Shown: positions 26,120 to 40,143 of the stretch, piece after piece
Numbering within the stretch: the stretch's first letter is position 1
Layout: each line of letters opens with the position of its first letter
Translations under genes and position numbers: made by a program
Assembly: GCF_037042905.1 (NCBI RefSeq)
Contig: NC_087251.1
Coordinates: 31,064,001 to 31,128,000 of the forward strand
Direction of reading: 5' to 3'
From: Lytechinus pictus
Taxonomy: Eukaryota
DNA: 64,000 nucleotides
The notes under the pieces: generated by a model
The model's input: the letters and a program-made list of their open reading frames with translations, nothing else
Database searches by the model: none
What the model was told of the DNA's origin: nothing

Positions 26120-27184
26120 TTAGCTTTATGTTACGGTTCCCTGGCCCATATACAGGATCTCATGACTTGGAGAAAAAATTGGAACAAACTCAAGAGAATT
26201 GTTTTTACCATCCATCGATTTCTGACCCACTGATGAAAGCAGTTTGTGAAGTAGAGCTTTTGTCTCTGATATTTTGAATGAAGGGGGTTTTATCTTTCCC
26301 AATCCCTGTTTGAAACCTGAATACATTTCAATGAATATTTACCTCATATGATTACTTTTGCCGGGGTAATTGGACTACATTGTCAAATCTGTGAGCTTGG
26401 AGTGGTCATATAAAATTTCAGTCATGAAAAGCTTTTTCTCCCGTCTCACCAAGGTTTTAACGTTATTTTCTTTAACAATACTGAAACTACAAATCAATGC
26501 AAACAAATTTCTTTAGTGGATTCTGATTAGGGGAAGGCTGAATTTCTTCTCGTGTAGTTCCCTAGAGTGTCCTTCCATTTTGGATTTGAGTGCTTTCTCA
26601 TGCTGTGTTTGAGGCTTATAAATGCAAAAGATGAGATAAATTCCACCAGGATTGATCTGAGGAGCATTTCATGAAACAAATTGTCAATGATTTTTCACTG
26701 ACTATATGTTATAAGCTACTGAAATCCTTGCATCAAGCAAAATTTTCATTGAAAATAACTATTTGTTTCATGAAATGCTCCTATTTTTGATAATCCGGCA
26801 AGCCATTGTGCTACATATGATTTCTTTATTTTAGTTGTACATTACATTGAGCTTGGACCAGTATGTGTATATCACATTATAAAATATGTAGTTTACTGTA
26901 CTGAAGTTGTCAACATTTTTTTTCATAAATTTTAATGCATTATGGGAGGATAAAAAGAAGACGTTAAATATAAAACTTCAACAAGAAAAGCACACTACAA
27001 CGCTCAACTGCATATCAGAATAAAAATTGGTGTTAGTCCAAAATTCTGCATTCAATGAACAAATTTTTTAAATAATATGTAACAATATGTCACAAGGCTC
27101 ACTGCTCTCATACGCTTTTTTTTCAATTCATTGTGACAAGGTTACCGTCCATCCCAGAATTCGCTACTTTCACATTATTCTATT

Positions 27185-30100
27185 TAGTCCGGTCTGTTAG
27201 CGTCAAAAACACCCTACTTGTGGACACAGTGGACAAAAGCATGATTTTTTCTCCAGACCTTTGTTTATGTATGAGAATTGAAAATGGGGTATGCTCCAAA
27301 AAATCTGGCTGCAGGAACAGTGAAAAAAATGGGTGAAAATGTCAGAATTTATGAGTTTAGATTGGTCTGATATATAGACTAGCGCTTGTGCAAAACTCAA
27401 TAGCAGTGCATTATTTTGCATTGGTTTAGTTCTTGAATTCAGACCCTTTTTGAACAGATATTCTGTTTGTCCTCACATCTCAATGCACGAAATATCTGAA
27501 TGCAGATGCTAATCAAGCCGAAGGGTGGTGGTGGAGGGGGTTGAATGTTGGTGTGTATGTACATATTTTGGTCTTGGAAAAAACAGATGTGCAAGACACA
27601 TTTTTTGCATGTGTTGGAAATTGTGTTGCCATGGTAACAGTGTATTATGGCAAAAATAAGGTACAAATCTTGCAGTTAGAACTGCTTCCTCTGTTGTCAT
27701 CCGATTCTCATGAAATTTGGCACACACATTGGTCTTGAGGTGAAGATGTCTAAGACACATTTTTGTGTGTCTTTCGGAAATTTTGTTGCCATGGTAACAA
27801 CATAACATTTGGTGAAAATTGGGGAAAAAACCTTACAATTCAAACTGCTTCATCAGTTTTCAATCAATTAACATGAAATTTGGCACACACATTGGTATTA
27901 AAGTAAAGATGTACAATGCACTTTTTGTGTGTGTTTCAGAAATTGTGTTGCCATGGTAACAATATATTATATGGAAAAATTTAGGTAAAAACCTTGCAAT
28001 TTGAACTGCTTCATCAGTTTCAAACCAATTCTCATGCATGAAATATGGCTCACACATTGGCCTTGAGATAAAGATGTGCAATAACCTTTTTTTTTGCATT
28101 TGTCAGAGAGTGCATTGCCTTGATATCCACATATAGCCAGAAATGCAGGGAAAACTCATCAATTGTAGATCAATCTACTTCTCTGTTTTCAGCCTGTGCT
28201 CAGAAAAGTTTACACAAATATTCATTTTGGGTAAAGATTCATATTCAGTGTTATAGGGGAATCCAGCCTTGGTCATAAAATGTTGTGTGGAAAAGGAGAA
28301 AAATAAGAATGGTGAAAGTTTGAAAGCAATCGGACAAGCAAAATAAAGTTATGGCTGCTTTAAAATTAAGATCCCTAAGGCTACTAGTATGTAGATTTCA
28401 AATTGACAATGGGTAAGTAAATTATGACAAGGGGCGAGGCCGCAAGGACAACTTTCCCATTGGCCTTGTACTTTGATTTTTGGTTTTCTCCTAAATTCCA
28501 TTGGGGCCGTAATATAAACCTGTTAGTATAATGTTTTATGTCCTCATGAAAGAAAGATACAATTTGAAGTAAAACTTTTGAAAAAGACATTTTGGTCAAT
28601 TAATTATTTCTGTACATGGAAGAGTGGTTTCCCTTCCATCATTATGACATCACATATGCAGCCAATTTGAAGTCTTCATGGGTATATAGTGATTACCAAT
28701 GTTTACAACTTTTATATAATCACAACTATCTTATGGTTTGTCCGATATTGTTCAAACTTTGACCTATTGTCTGATTTTTCCTTTTCCTCTAAAAACAAGT
28801 GTTTATTTGGGTTGGATTCCCCTTTAACATCATAAAATAGCGCAGGGTATTCATGGTATTAATCACCTTCAATAATATTTATAGGTTCTTTTTTGGGGGG
28901 CGGAGGAGGTCCTTAAAAACTGACAAAAATATAGAAGGTTAAAGGCCATGGCCATTAGGAACTTAAACACTCTTAAAGAAAGCACCCCTTCCATTTTTTT
29001 TTTTTTGGGGGGGGGGCCTTTAGAAAATTGCCACATAAAGAGTAAAAGGAAATAATTACAACTATAGGAACTGAACCCCCCCCCCAAAAAAAAAAAGGGG
29101 GGGGGGAGAAAAACCCTTTACACTTCAGCGTATTTATTTAAAGCCTAAAACATTCTGGTTTGATAAAAGATCATTTCCGGTGCTCAATTAATCAACGTTT
29201 TATTTATCTCCTTCTACTCAGTCTTTGTTCATTTCAGTTCTTACTCTGACTTTCGTACATCACTTTTTGCACTTTTTGCACTTTAGAGCTTTACCATACC
29301 TTCTTGTTTTGTTTCCTCTCCCCCCCCCCCTCTTTTTCTCCCTCTCTAAGTACATTTTTCTTTGCTATTTTAATTCATTATTATCTAGCAACAATTATTC
29401 CATTTTGAATGCTTACACCTACACTGAAATATAATACCATGACATTTAATATTTTCTTAATAATCTTTTAAACTCTATTTTGGCTACACTCTGTCCTATA
29501 AATAATACTATTAGCTATATTTAATGTCTAGTTTAAAGAATTGAAGAAATGGCTGTCATGATATCATATTTTGGTAAAGGTGCATCAAATTCATAGTTGC
29601 AGCATTCAGAATGGAATAACTGTTGCTTGAAAAAAAATGGATTTAGTTGTTTTCCGAAAATCCTCTGTGAAAATTTTAGTTATATCACTGAGTTTTCCCA
29701 TTCCTGCAGTTACCACCATCTGAAAGGGATATGACTAGGATATATGTAGAGAAATAAAAGTCATAATTTGCTCAATGAACAGTGAATACGTTCGTCCTTA
29801 CTCCAATGGAAAATTATTTGCATTTTTTGTGACAGTCAGATCTTGCATCCAACAATTTTGCTACTGAAACATAATATTCATTTTCTGACAATTGGAGATG
29901 TAGGAAGTATAAAGCAGGGGCTGTCGCAGATATATACTGAAAAAAATTAGATAAAAGAAAATAGAAGGCAAAAATTTATTGTGCACATATGCATATTTTT
30001 GATATGGTATGTTATTGAGTCATGGATTTGCAAGTGAATTTCTGTATATAAATATATATATTTCTATAATTGGTTGCATGATTAAAGGTACACTTTATAA

Positions 30101-31965
30101 AATGTCAGAAAAAATATACTTGGAGAGAGAGAGGGTAAAAAAGGAGTGAAGAAACATAAGATGGTATGGTGAAGCTCAAAATCAAGAGTGATGTGATATA
30201 GTAAAAAAGAAAGAGTAGGAATGGAATATGAATAAAAGACTGAGTAGGAGAATATAAATAAACAATGATTAATTGGCTACTGTAAACAATTTTTTACCAA
30301 AGCAGAATGCATTAAACATTAAATGAATGGTCTGAACTCTGAAGTGCAAATGACTCTTCTTACCTTTTAATGGGGGGGGGGGCATTTTTCTGCTCAAAAA
30401 ATATATCAGCCCCCTATTTTTTCGGGGGGGGGGGTTAAGTTCCTGGTCATAATCCTTTAACTTTTACTTTTATGAGGTCATTTTTCTAAAGACCCCCCCC
30501 CCCCCCCAAAAAAAGGGAGTAATGTCTCGCTTTAAAATACAAAGACCCCTGAGGGGCAAAGGCGTAGACTGGTTGAGCATGGGGAGATAGAAATGGTATG
30601 GGGAGGGGTGCACATCTTGGGGAGGTGGAACTAAGGTTTGGAAAATCAGCCGTTGAAAGTAGAAGGGGTACACATTTTGTTTTGCTTGCCAGTGTTGGAA
30701 CTCCTTTGCCACACTGGAAGGTTTTACATTCACCCAGTGTACCCCCAGCCTATGCCCTTGAGGGGATGCTTATTTCAAGAGTGTTTATCATGTTTATGTT
30801 CCTAATGATCACCGCCTTTAACCTTTATTTTGATGTCAGATTTTAAGGACCAATCCCGCTCCTCCCCCAAAACCTAGAAATATTACCGAAGGTGATTAAT
30901 ACCCCCACGCTCATATATTTTAATGTAGTTTAGAATTTAATATGAATCTTTACCCAAAGATGAATATTTCTTCCAACTTTTATGAGCACTGACTAAAAAA
31001 AGGGGGAAGTTGTTTGATCCACAATGAGTTTTCCTGCATTTCTGTCTATCATATGTGGTTACCATGGCAATATATTCTCTGACAAATGCACACAAAAAAT
31101 GGTTCCTGCACATCTTTACCTCAAGGCAAATGCCTGAGCCAAATTTTATGAGAAATAGTTCAAAACTGATGAAGTTGTTCAAATTTTGCCATATAATATT
31201 GTGTTACCATGGCAACACAATTTCTGAAACACATATAAAAATTGCCTTGTACATCTTTACTCTAATACCAATGTGTGTGTCAAATTTCATGAGAATTGAT
31301 TTAAAACTGATGAAGCAGTTTGAATTGTAATTTTTTTCCCAATTTTCACCAAATAATATGTTGTTACCATGGCAACAAGATTTTTGAAAGACACACAAAA
31401 TATGTCTTAGACATCTTCACCTCAAGACCAATGTGTGTGCCAAATTTCATGAGAATCGGATTACAACAGAGGAAGAAGTTCTAACTGCAAGATTTGTACC
31501 TTATTTTTGCGATAATAGTACACTGTTACCATGGCAACACAATTTCCAACACATGCAAAAAATGTGTCTTGCACATTTTTACCCCAATACCAAAATATGT
31601 ACATACACACCAACATTCAACCCCCTCCATCACCACCCTTCGGCTTGTTTAGCATCTGCATTCAGATATTTTGTGCATTGTGATGTGAGGACAAACAGAA
31701 TATCTGTTCAAAAAGGGTCTGAATTTAAGAACTAAACCAATGTAAAATAATGCACTGCTATTGAGTTTTGCACTAGCGCTAGTCTATATATCAGACCAAT
31801 CTAAACTCATAAATTTTGACATTTTCACCCATTTTTTCACTGTTCCTGCAGCCAGATTTTTTGGAGCATACCCCATTTTTAATTCTCATACATAAACAAA
31901 GGTCTGGAGAAAAAATCATGCTTTTGTCCACCGTGTCCACATAATTCCGCTAACAGACCAGACTA
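27185..31965. mobile_element. ~4.8 kb fold-back DNA transposon derivative with very long TIRs
   Basis: TAGTCCGGTCTGTTAGCG at 27185 is the inverse of CGCTAACAGACCAGACTA ending 31965; arms 27185-28247 and 30937-31965 pair, continuing inward with more divergence to ~29370/~30100; ATT on both flanks. Confidence 0.88.
28256..28823. mobile_element. TTAA-type MITE inserted in the left arm of the fold-back
   Basis: AGGGGAATCCA ... TGGATTCCCCT-TTAA; absent from the right arm. Confidence 0.75.
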
Positions 31966-34859
31966 ATTTGATAGGTAGATATTGGATTATAAGCTTTGAT
32001 TGTGTAAGTATGAATAGTCATGATTTGTTTCTGGCTTTCCTCCCTTCATTTTCACACAAAGCTCTACTATATCAAAACTGGAAATTCACTTGCGTATTTG
32101 TGTTTCATAAGTAAGTTCCCTCTTTATTGTTTTATAGAAATGTAAAAAGTGAAAAACAGGTGTTCTGTTACACTTGAATAGATGACATTCTAAAGCAAGG
32201 AGGCATTTCAAAAATCACAGAACAAAACAACCTGATTCCATCTGTCTAGTCTTGGCTTCAGCTTTGTGTTTATTTTATTTCTCCCTGATATCATTGCTCT
32301 TTTCACAAATGTAGGATAGTCTCAATTTACATTTATGATTATTTATCCTCTTCAGTATTCAAAACGATCAATCAAGCGAGTAATAGATACATGTTCACGT
32401 TTAAAGGAAATTTTTTCTAACAATTATAATTTAACAAAAATATCAAGGAATGTTCTTTATGTATCTGTATAGGGTATTAATAACTCTTCTGTTTAAGTCA
32501 GAATTTATTTTTGAAAGAAGGCTATCAGAGTGAAGGCAACATGGACGTATTTTTGAAAGCAGGTCATAGAGTGAATTGTCTCATCTTACTAAAGTCTTCC
32601 CTGCTGTGCCGTCATATCTTTTTCTCTTCCTTTTTTTCTAAGCCATTGGATCATGTCATTTATAATGCAGAGACCTCCATCTCAACTGCAATTACAATCA
32701 AAACCCTGAACTTGATTGTTCAATCACATCTCATTTTACATCAATATCCATTTCTCTTTATCCCCCCCCCCCCCCCCCTTCAGTCAACTCTCCCTCCACT
32801 TTAATTTCTCACTATTCACTTGGGCCTAACCCTTTCTTTGACTAGTCTGTTTGATTAGATTTTTTTTTAATTTCTAAATAAGAGCAGTGTGAGTTAATTT
32901 TATTTTCTGTTTAAATTCATTTTATGTGTGGTACTACCACTGGAATTTTCGTTTAAAATAGTTGCAAGCCTAACCTGTACCGAGATATCATTTATACATA
33001 ATGGAAAATTCTCTAGTGATAGATGCATAAAAAAGCTGTCAAATGCTTGAAAATCAAACATTCATATCAAGATATAAACTTCTGCCATATTTTATGTATG
33101 TTTACATATTGTACGTTTAGGTCAATTTTGCAGGTTGGAAAAGCTTTTAAAGGTAATTTTCCCAAAGTACATTGCCCATCATGATAACACCATTTCTTGA
33201 AAATGATTCATAACTTCACCTTGCATCAGGTATATCCGCCTATCATCCCCAAAAGGAGCATTTCATGAAACATTATGTTACCGATTTTCACTGGTAAATG
33301 TTACAAGCTCCTGAAAATCCTTGCATCCTATTGGCCGAGAGCAAGTTAGTCAGTGAATATCACCAAGAAAACTCTTCATGAAACCCTCCCCAAGTTAATC
33401 ACCCTCACTCAGTGCTCTTATCATACTCTGGCATCCTAGCTAGACATGATTGCCATGAACTCGGTACTTTTATTGGAACTCCTCTTAATATTATCTGGCG
33501 TCTCCATTGAATGCTGCAAAGAAAACAATTTTTCATACACATAGGGAATCATGACATCTACATGTATTTGCTGTAAAATATTGACACAAGAATTTCCGAT
33601 GGCGTAATACGGTATTGGAATCATTGTCATAATAGTCATAATAAAGTCATAATAAAGAACTTGTATTTTACTCCATTGGCTGTATTTGTTGATATAGAAT
33701 GTTGAAATAGTTGTGAATATTTGTTTTTGAGTAGTTTAAGCATTTGCTGGATAAGAGCCAAGGTATTTGATTTGGTACATGTACCCAGTATATGTATTCC
33801 CTATTTGAAAAAAGGTTTTTTCCTCTGCTTATTAGCAACATATTATTTTTCTCAAAATTTTCTTAAAATTCTCTCATTAAACATATCTTTACTTCTCTGT
33901 CACTGTTTCGAAATATACTCTTGGGCCCTGTTGCGTAAAAGCCATATTATCGTACTATGCTAACAATGCTCAGCAACCAATCAAAATCAAGGATTCCACG
34001 AAAGCTACCATTGGACAGCTATGGTATCACAATTTTAAATGCAATAGGGCCTAGATATATTGTTATCATTGAAGATGTAGGCTGAACTGTAACATTGAAC
34101 AAATTTATGTATTCCTTTAAAAAAAATAGGAGCTTTTGCAGCCACAAAGCTCTGGAATAGCTTAGGTCAACATTCAAAGGATATCTATTCGCATGGTTAA
34201 TCTTGCAGTGCAAATAAAATGTTTCATATTTTTGCATGAATCCGCACTCTATAAAGCTATTCCATGGTGAGGAGCATCAGCTTAAATATAGTATCAGTAT
34301 TTCTTAAATTATAATCATGTGAGAGAGGACACAAAATCAGAAATCCTCTTTGTAGCTTGTGTCATTGCTATTATCTCAAATATCAGTTGTGGCCTTCCTT
34401 GGATATTATATTTAAAAAGAAGAATATAAAACTTGACGAAGAAACCACATTATTCATTACTAAAACATGTATGCCAATATTTGACAGCAATTTATTGTTA
34501 TCATTACAAAATCTGGCAAATATGTACATCAATATATGAACTTGTTTTTTTCTTCCACCTATTTGTGACCATGCCTGCTAAATGACTGCTTGTTGGAGGG
34601 GTGTTAGGAAAAAGGGTGTACGTGTGTTAGAAGCTTGTATAAGCAACAAAGTGATCGTTCTACTCCTAGCATTTGATTTACCGGCCTGAACCCAAGACCT
34701 TGTTATCCATGCAAGTGATTCATGAGAATCCATGTTGAAAATTTATCTTCTACCTGACATCATTCTCCCGTCCATTACGTTCTCCTACTTTCTTCTTGCC
34801 CTTCATCCCATTGTCACGTCATCCTCACCTTGAGATGATAGACAATTTATTTTTTCATT

Positions 34860-35315
34860 AGGTGTTTTCAGACCGCCTCGATGTTTGTTGATTCCTGGTA
34901 TTTTCTGATTGGGAAATTCTGGCAGGGTGAAAACAAAATATGCGTAACATTCCCGAAAGAAAACACCAGTCGAATAGTAGGTACTGGTCGAAATAACGAG
35001 AAACTTTCGCAGGGAATTTTCCAAGGTCGTACATGTAGGTATTTTGGCATTGTGAAAGCAAATTACGGGAACTTACTTAGCCCAGCATGTAATGGGGCGC
35101 AGGCGCTGCGGGTGGCTGCTGAGCTAGCGATTTTGAATCTCGCGCCTTTCCTGCCTATCAAACCATACTGCTCATTCTAGTAACGTCAAGAACTCACCCC
35201 AAAAGAGTCTTTTCGGGTCGGTCTGAATGCGTGTAATTATCGGTTATTTTAACTCCTGAACAATATCTAGTAATTTAAGTGGTACTCTGGTGATGGAGGC
35301 AGTCTTAATACACCT
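34860..35315. mobile_element. MITE, older copy of the 56863 family
   Basis: AGGTGTTTTCAGACCGCCTCG ... GAGGCAGTCTTAATACACCT; colinear with 56863-57340. Confidence 0.8.
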
Positions 35316-35711
35316 GTTGTATATCATTTTTCTTGTTCTTAGGAGAGGGGGTGATTGTTCGGGGGAAAATAGCAATGTCATCTATGAAAACCAGCCAATA
35401 CATTGGGAGCGTTAAGTTGGATAATCATTACATCATGGATTGATTTACAATTAAAGGAAGAAAAAAAATAGTTTTGAATTGGTGTTCTTCAATGTTTGAA
35501 TACTATTACTTTACAAGAAATTTAAAGTTATTAGCTTTAATGGATGAATTTAGTTCATATTAAAATTCTATCAAAACACAGGCACTGCTTCTATGATTGC
35601 AGTGGCATCAACATCAAAATATTAGCCTGAAGTTAAATTTGTGGATTATTACCATTTTGATAGTATAGGATGAAATGAAATTTTGATGTGAGGGTAATTG
35701 AGTCTCACTGA

Positions 35712-36170
35712 GGCCGTTCTCACTCAGTTCCTTAAACTAGTTTAGTGGAAACTAGTTTAGTGGAAACTAGTTTAACGCTAAGTGAGAACGGTCGAAGCGC
35801 TCTTGGAAGCGCTCTTCCAAACCAGTTTGGAAGACCACCTCGCGATGTAGTTTTCAAGATCGCTTCGCATCGGAAAAGTGGTTTTAGCGTAAGTGAGGAC
35901 ACAACCGTTCTTCGGGAAGCGATCTTCGCACATTTTGAGCGCGCTACTCCACACGACAGGTGTAGAATGCCTATGCTGCGGTTTCGAATTTCGCGCGAAA
36001 CGTGTCTCCCCACTGAGAGCGTTTCCATAGCAACAAGAGCGCTATACGTGAAGTGATTTTGAAAACCACTTTCGTGTGATCAAGTGAGAACGCTAGCAAA
36101 GCGATCTTCCAAACTGGCTTTCTGAACCGGTTCCCAGTAAACTAGTTTTAGGAACGTAGTGAGAACAGCC
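35712..36170. mobile_element. Harbinger-like MITE
   Basis: TIR GGCCGTTCTCACT / AGTGAGAACAGCC; internal AAACTAGTTT repeats; TCACTGA directly repeated on both flanks. Confidence 0.8.
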
Positions 36171-38665
36171 TCACTGACCATTGAGCAGAAATGTTTGGTT
36201 GCATTTTAGAGGTCAAAGGTCATTTGAGTTCAAGGAACTACTATTTTGTGGTATTGGCCGATATGTAAGGTTAAAGTTCAGATTTTTAAGATAATTTTGA
36301 AAATTATCAGTACCTATTTTATTAAAATGTGGAAATAACTCTAATGATTTGGACTTGTAATTTAACAGAGAATGTTTCCGGTTCTACTCTTAATCTTGTC
36401 TGTATGAGTTGGTGGCTGGAAGTGGTTTTCACTGATTGGCGGAGATGCACTATCCATGTTACTCTTGTGATGTCAAGAAATTCTCAAAGGGGAGAGGGGA
36501 GAGGGGCTGTTTCTGTAGGCTCACTTTTGTTTGACTTTATGAATTTAAACTGGATCATGGTTGACTGTCTCATGCATGAAATATATTGTAGACTAAACAA
36601 ACTCCACCGGTTTCTCAGAATTCTGTTCCCCTGGTAACCATAATGGCACATGTGCAGTCACACCTTAAGCTAAAAATCTTCTTCCTTCCAAGGAGGAGGA
36701 TGTTATTTACACTTGTTGTTATTGCTTCCACTAATTGTCTTTTAAGGAAGTAATAAACCATGTTTGTGCATGATACATGTATGTACAAAGTATACAATTG
36801 GAATTGAGATAATGCTGATTGATTTATGGCATGCGTCATTTCATTGCTTGTAGTTTCAGAGGCAAAACGAGCTGCATCTGGAGATTAAGTGTGATATTGA
36901 ATTGTGCTTGTCAACAATTCTAATTATTTTTGCAATTGATAATAATACTTCATGACTTTTTTAAGGAGTGGGGATGACAATATAATATACATGTATAGGC
37001 CTATAATAATGACATCATTCATGTCTTTTTACAAAGTATGATAAGGATTGAGCTTTTGAAAGGGGAGAATGCCAGAAGAATATGATATACATGTAGATGT
37101 TTAGACATGACCTTTGTTTGTATCTCAGGGATAAACAATGAAATGTCATTACTCATCCATAAATGATGATTGAGAGAGGGGGATAATATTTTATTGGCAT
37201 AGATTAATAGTTGAGATGTGAAAGGATCCTTTCTCAGTATACAGGTAGTTGACTTTCTTGGAGTCGTGTCGTTGAACTTGCTTACCGCTACCTTGTTGTC
37301 TTCCATAGAATCCGGAGATGCATTAATCTTTATTTTCACCGACTGCTCTTAAAAGGATCCCTTGGTTTTAGCTTGGTCTACACCACAATATATCTAATCC
37401 CTTCAAGCCCCAAGGGGCGTCCATTCTTAATTGCTGAAACTCCCTTGTGACCTTTTGAAATCTATGTCGTACGCATCAATAGCTCGTGTGACTCTAGCTT
37501 GAAAAATCACAAGGAAAAATCACAAGAAAAGTTTTATGCCTATCCTTTTGAGCAAATGATCGATCTCAAAGCAATGTTGAATTGCACATTACATATCAAA
37601 TCCATGGAGTATAGTACGTATCAAGGGGGGGGTAGGAGTGGGTTCCATTACAAATATATTGAAAAAAAAAATAGATCATACTTTCATACCCACCGATCAT
37701 GAAAAATACCTGCTTTTTCTAATCAGGAACTCTTTCTTGAAGGGTGTTTCATAAAGTTGCTCGTCAGTTACGAGCGACTGAACAAATGACTTAATGAACA
37801 ACTGGTGATCCTTTCTTAGGAGCTAGTTCGATATCAATGGAGATTTAGTGTACATAATTTCCTACATGAAAGGATCACCAGTCATTCATAAAGTCGCGCA
37901 TACATGTAGCTTACGTACAGCTTTATGAAAATAAAATGAAAATACCTCCAGATCAGAGTGTGTAGCCAGTTTAAAAGGAATTTTTTTTTTTTTTTTTAAT
38001 ACCTTCAAGTTAAGAGGTTCATTTCAAAATTATGAGAATTGGTTTAGGGATTTCTCCAAGGTCACTTAAAATTTTGCAGTATGAAAGTGTATTTTCACTT
38101 AAGAACTTCAAATGCGAGGCAAGAAAATGTCCTAACGTGATTGCAATTCTCGTTAATTGATCTGTATCATCACAAAAATATCTGTTTTAAAAATGACCTA
38201 TGAATAGGCCTGCATTAGCCATTCCGTTTTACCGCATTTTTTAATAACCTCCTTGTGAACTCTTTGACATATGTTTATTTTCTTGTGGATGTCTTCAGGG
38301 AAAACACTCTGGGTTGGGAGAGAGTGAAACTTGACCGTCTGAGCATCCTGAATATGCGAGGTGTCCAAGGGTTATACAGACAGCTCTATAAATCACAATA
38401 CTGATGACAATGTATCTATATAGGCATATATATGCCATTTTCATCTTTATGGTCGTTATACTATTTGACAAGCATCTTTACAGTGTGTTGAAGTAAAAGA
38501 AGGTTGCATGGTGTTTTCAGGGTTTGAAAGCCCAAATGGACATAAATGGATGGTTGTTTAGACTCTCTTGCTATTAAATGATATTTTATTGCAGTATGGC
38601 AGTGAATAAGTTTATAAATCACAAGTAGGTAGGCCGAAACCCTGCAGTTAAAAGGATACATCAAT

Positions 38666-39544
38666 AGGGCCGTCTGCACCATCCCGAAGTTTCAAATTAG
38701 CGCGCTATTTCTGATCCGGCAAATTATCCCGATCTGAAAAATCTCGAGATAGTTGGCGGTGCAGACGCAATTATCGCGCTAGTTCGTAGGATTAATCTCG
38801 AGATTGCAATCCCAAGTCAACTCGGGTTTATTTGCAAAATAGCGCGCTATTTTACGAATTATCCCGCTAATTCGTCGGTGCAGACGCACTCGAGATTGGA
38901 CTCGGGGTAATTTATTCATGACGTCAGTCCATAATGCAATTCGCGTTCCACTTCCGCCTTGGTCAAAACATAAACACGTGCGGAAGTCAACTTTATACAT
39001 GCGAATAGCGTTCATAAGCAACGATGGTGTCCCACCAGTGAATGGATTTTGGGAGAGACCAGACCGAAGGGGGAGGCGCTCATCGACGATGGTCATATTC
39101 AATAACAACACTGACAGCAGTGTTGTCTTATTCCTTCGCAAAATGTGAGCAAATAGCATTTCTTTCCTCCTTCTCTCCCTCTCTCTCTCTCTCTCTGTCG
39201 TTGCCTCCTACTCCGCCATCATATTTAACGAGTATACATCACTTCTTCACTCGCTGAGCTGAGAGGATTGTTGCATAACACCGGTTGAATTCGGCGAAAG
39301 TGCTAGTGAAAGGAGTACATTGCTTGCATATCGCGGGAAGTTATTCAAAAGCGCGGGCCGTTGAAACTCCAAGATCCGAAAGTGCGCATGCTCGTAATAT
39401 CGGGCTTGTTGCCTCGCTCGAGCAGGAATCGCTGTCGTGGGATGGTGCAGACGGGGTTTCTTGAATCTCGAGATTAATCGCGAAGAGGGCTGATCGGGCT
39501 AAAATCTCGAGATTGAGCAAACTCGGGATGGTGCAGCACCGCCT
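38666..39544. mobile_element. Harbinger-like non-autonomous element
   Basis: TIR AGGGCCGTCTGCACCATCCCGA / TCGGGATGGTGCAGCACCGCCT; internal ATCTCGAGAT palindromes. Confidence 0.8.
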
Positions 39545-40143
39545 ATTGATATCGATTGATGAAAGTTGGCTTCTTGCTATTTTTGTGTTGCTAATGTTTG
39601 AAATGATTTTAGAGAATTTGAAGTTCTGTGTTTGAACCCAATATATTTCAGTTTTTCTTTCATGTTTAATATGCAATACCATTATGAGTGTGTGTTATGA
39701 CAAACAGAAACACAATCGAGTATACATGTTGGGAATTCGCATTGTCATATGAATATTAATGACGTAAGTGTAGTACAAAACAAATCTTTATCAGAAGTAA
39801 TTTCTGGTTATATTGTTTATTGCAAAATCATCATCATCATTAGCAGCATCCCCATCATCATCGTCATCATCATTATCATCATCATCATTAACATATCCAC
39901 CATATGCATAGGCGTACTCATTATTATTTTATTGTATGTTATTTTTCATGAATATAATCATTACAGTACAATACATTCATTTTTCTTTTATTCTCCATTG
40001 TTTTGTGTTTCCACCATAATTAATACAAAACAGTGTTATTGAAAAAAAAAATGTATGCAACGAGCTGTAGATTAGAAAGTTGACCTAATGATATCTGAGG
40101 CATTTTAATTCTGTGTCTCCATTATCTTGTGTGTCTCTATCAG

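Noticed and set aside
27509..31735. Repeated CYHGNTIS peptide ORFs on both strands, and a CRISPR-like regular repeat
   Set aside because: They come from ~160 bp subterminal repeats of the fold-back TE; the intervening sequences are themselves similar, no cas genes are present, and the context is eukaryotic
38299..38404. Exon-like ENTLGWERVKLDRLSILNMRGVQGLYRQLYKSQY
   Set aside because: Phase incompatible with the upstream BTBD7 exon; the in-phase reading stops after 11 codons; no recognised homology
38779..39682. ORFs of 76-126 aa
   Set aside because: Lie in a GC-richer non-autonomous TE and lack transposase motifs
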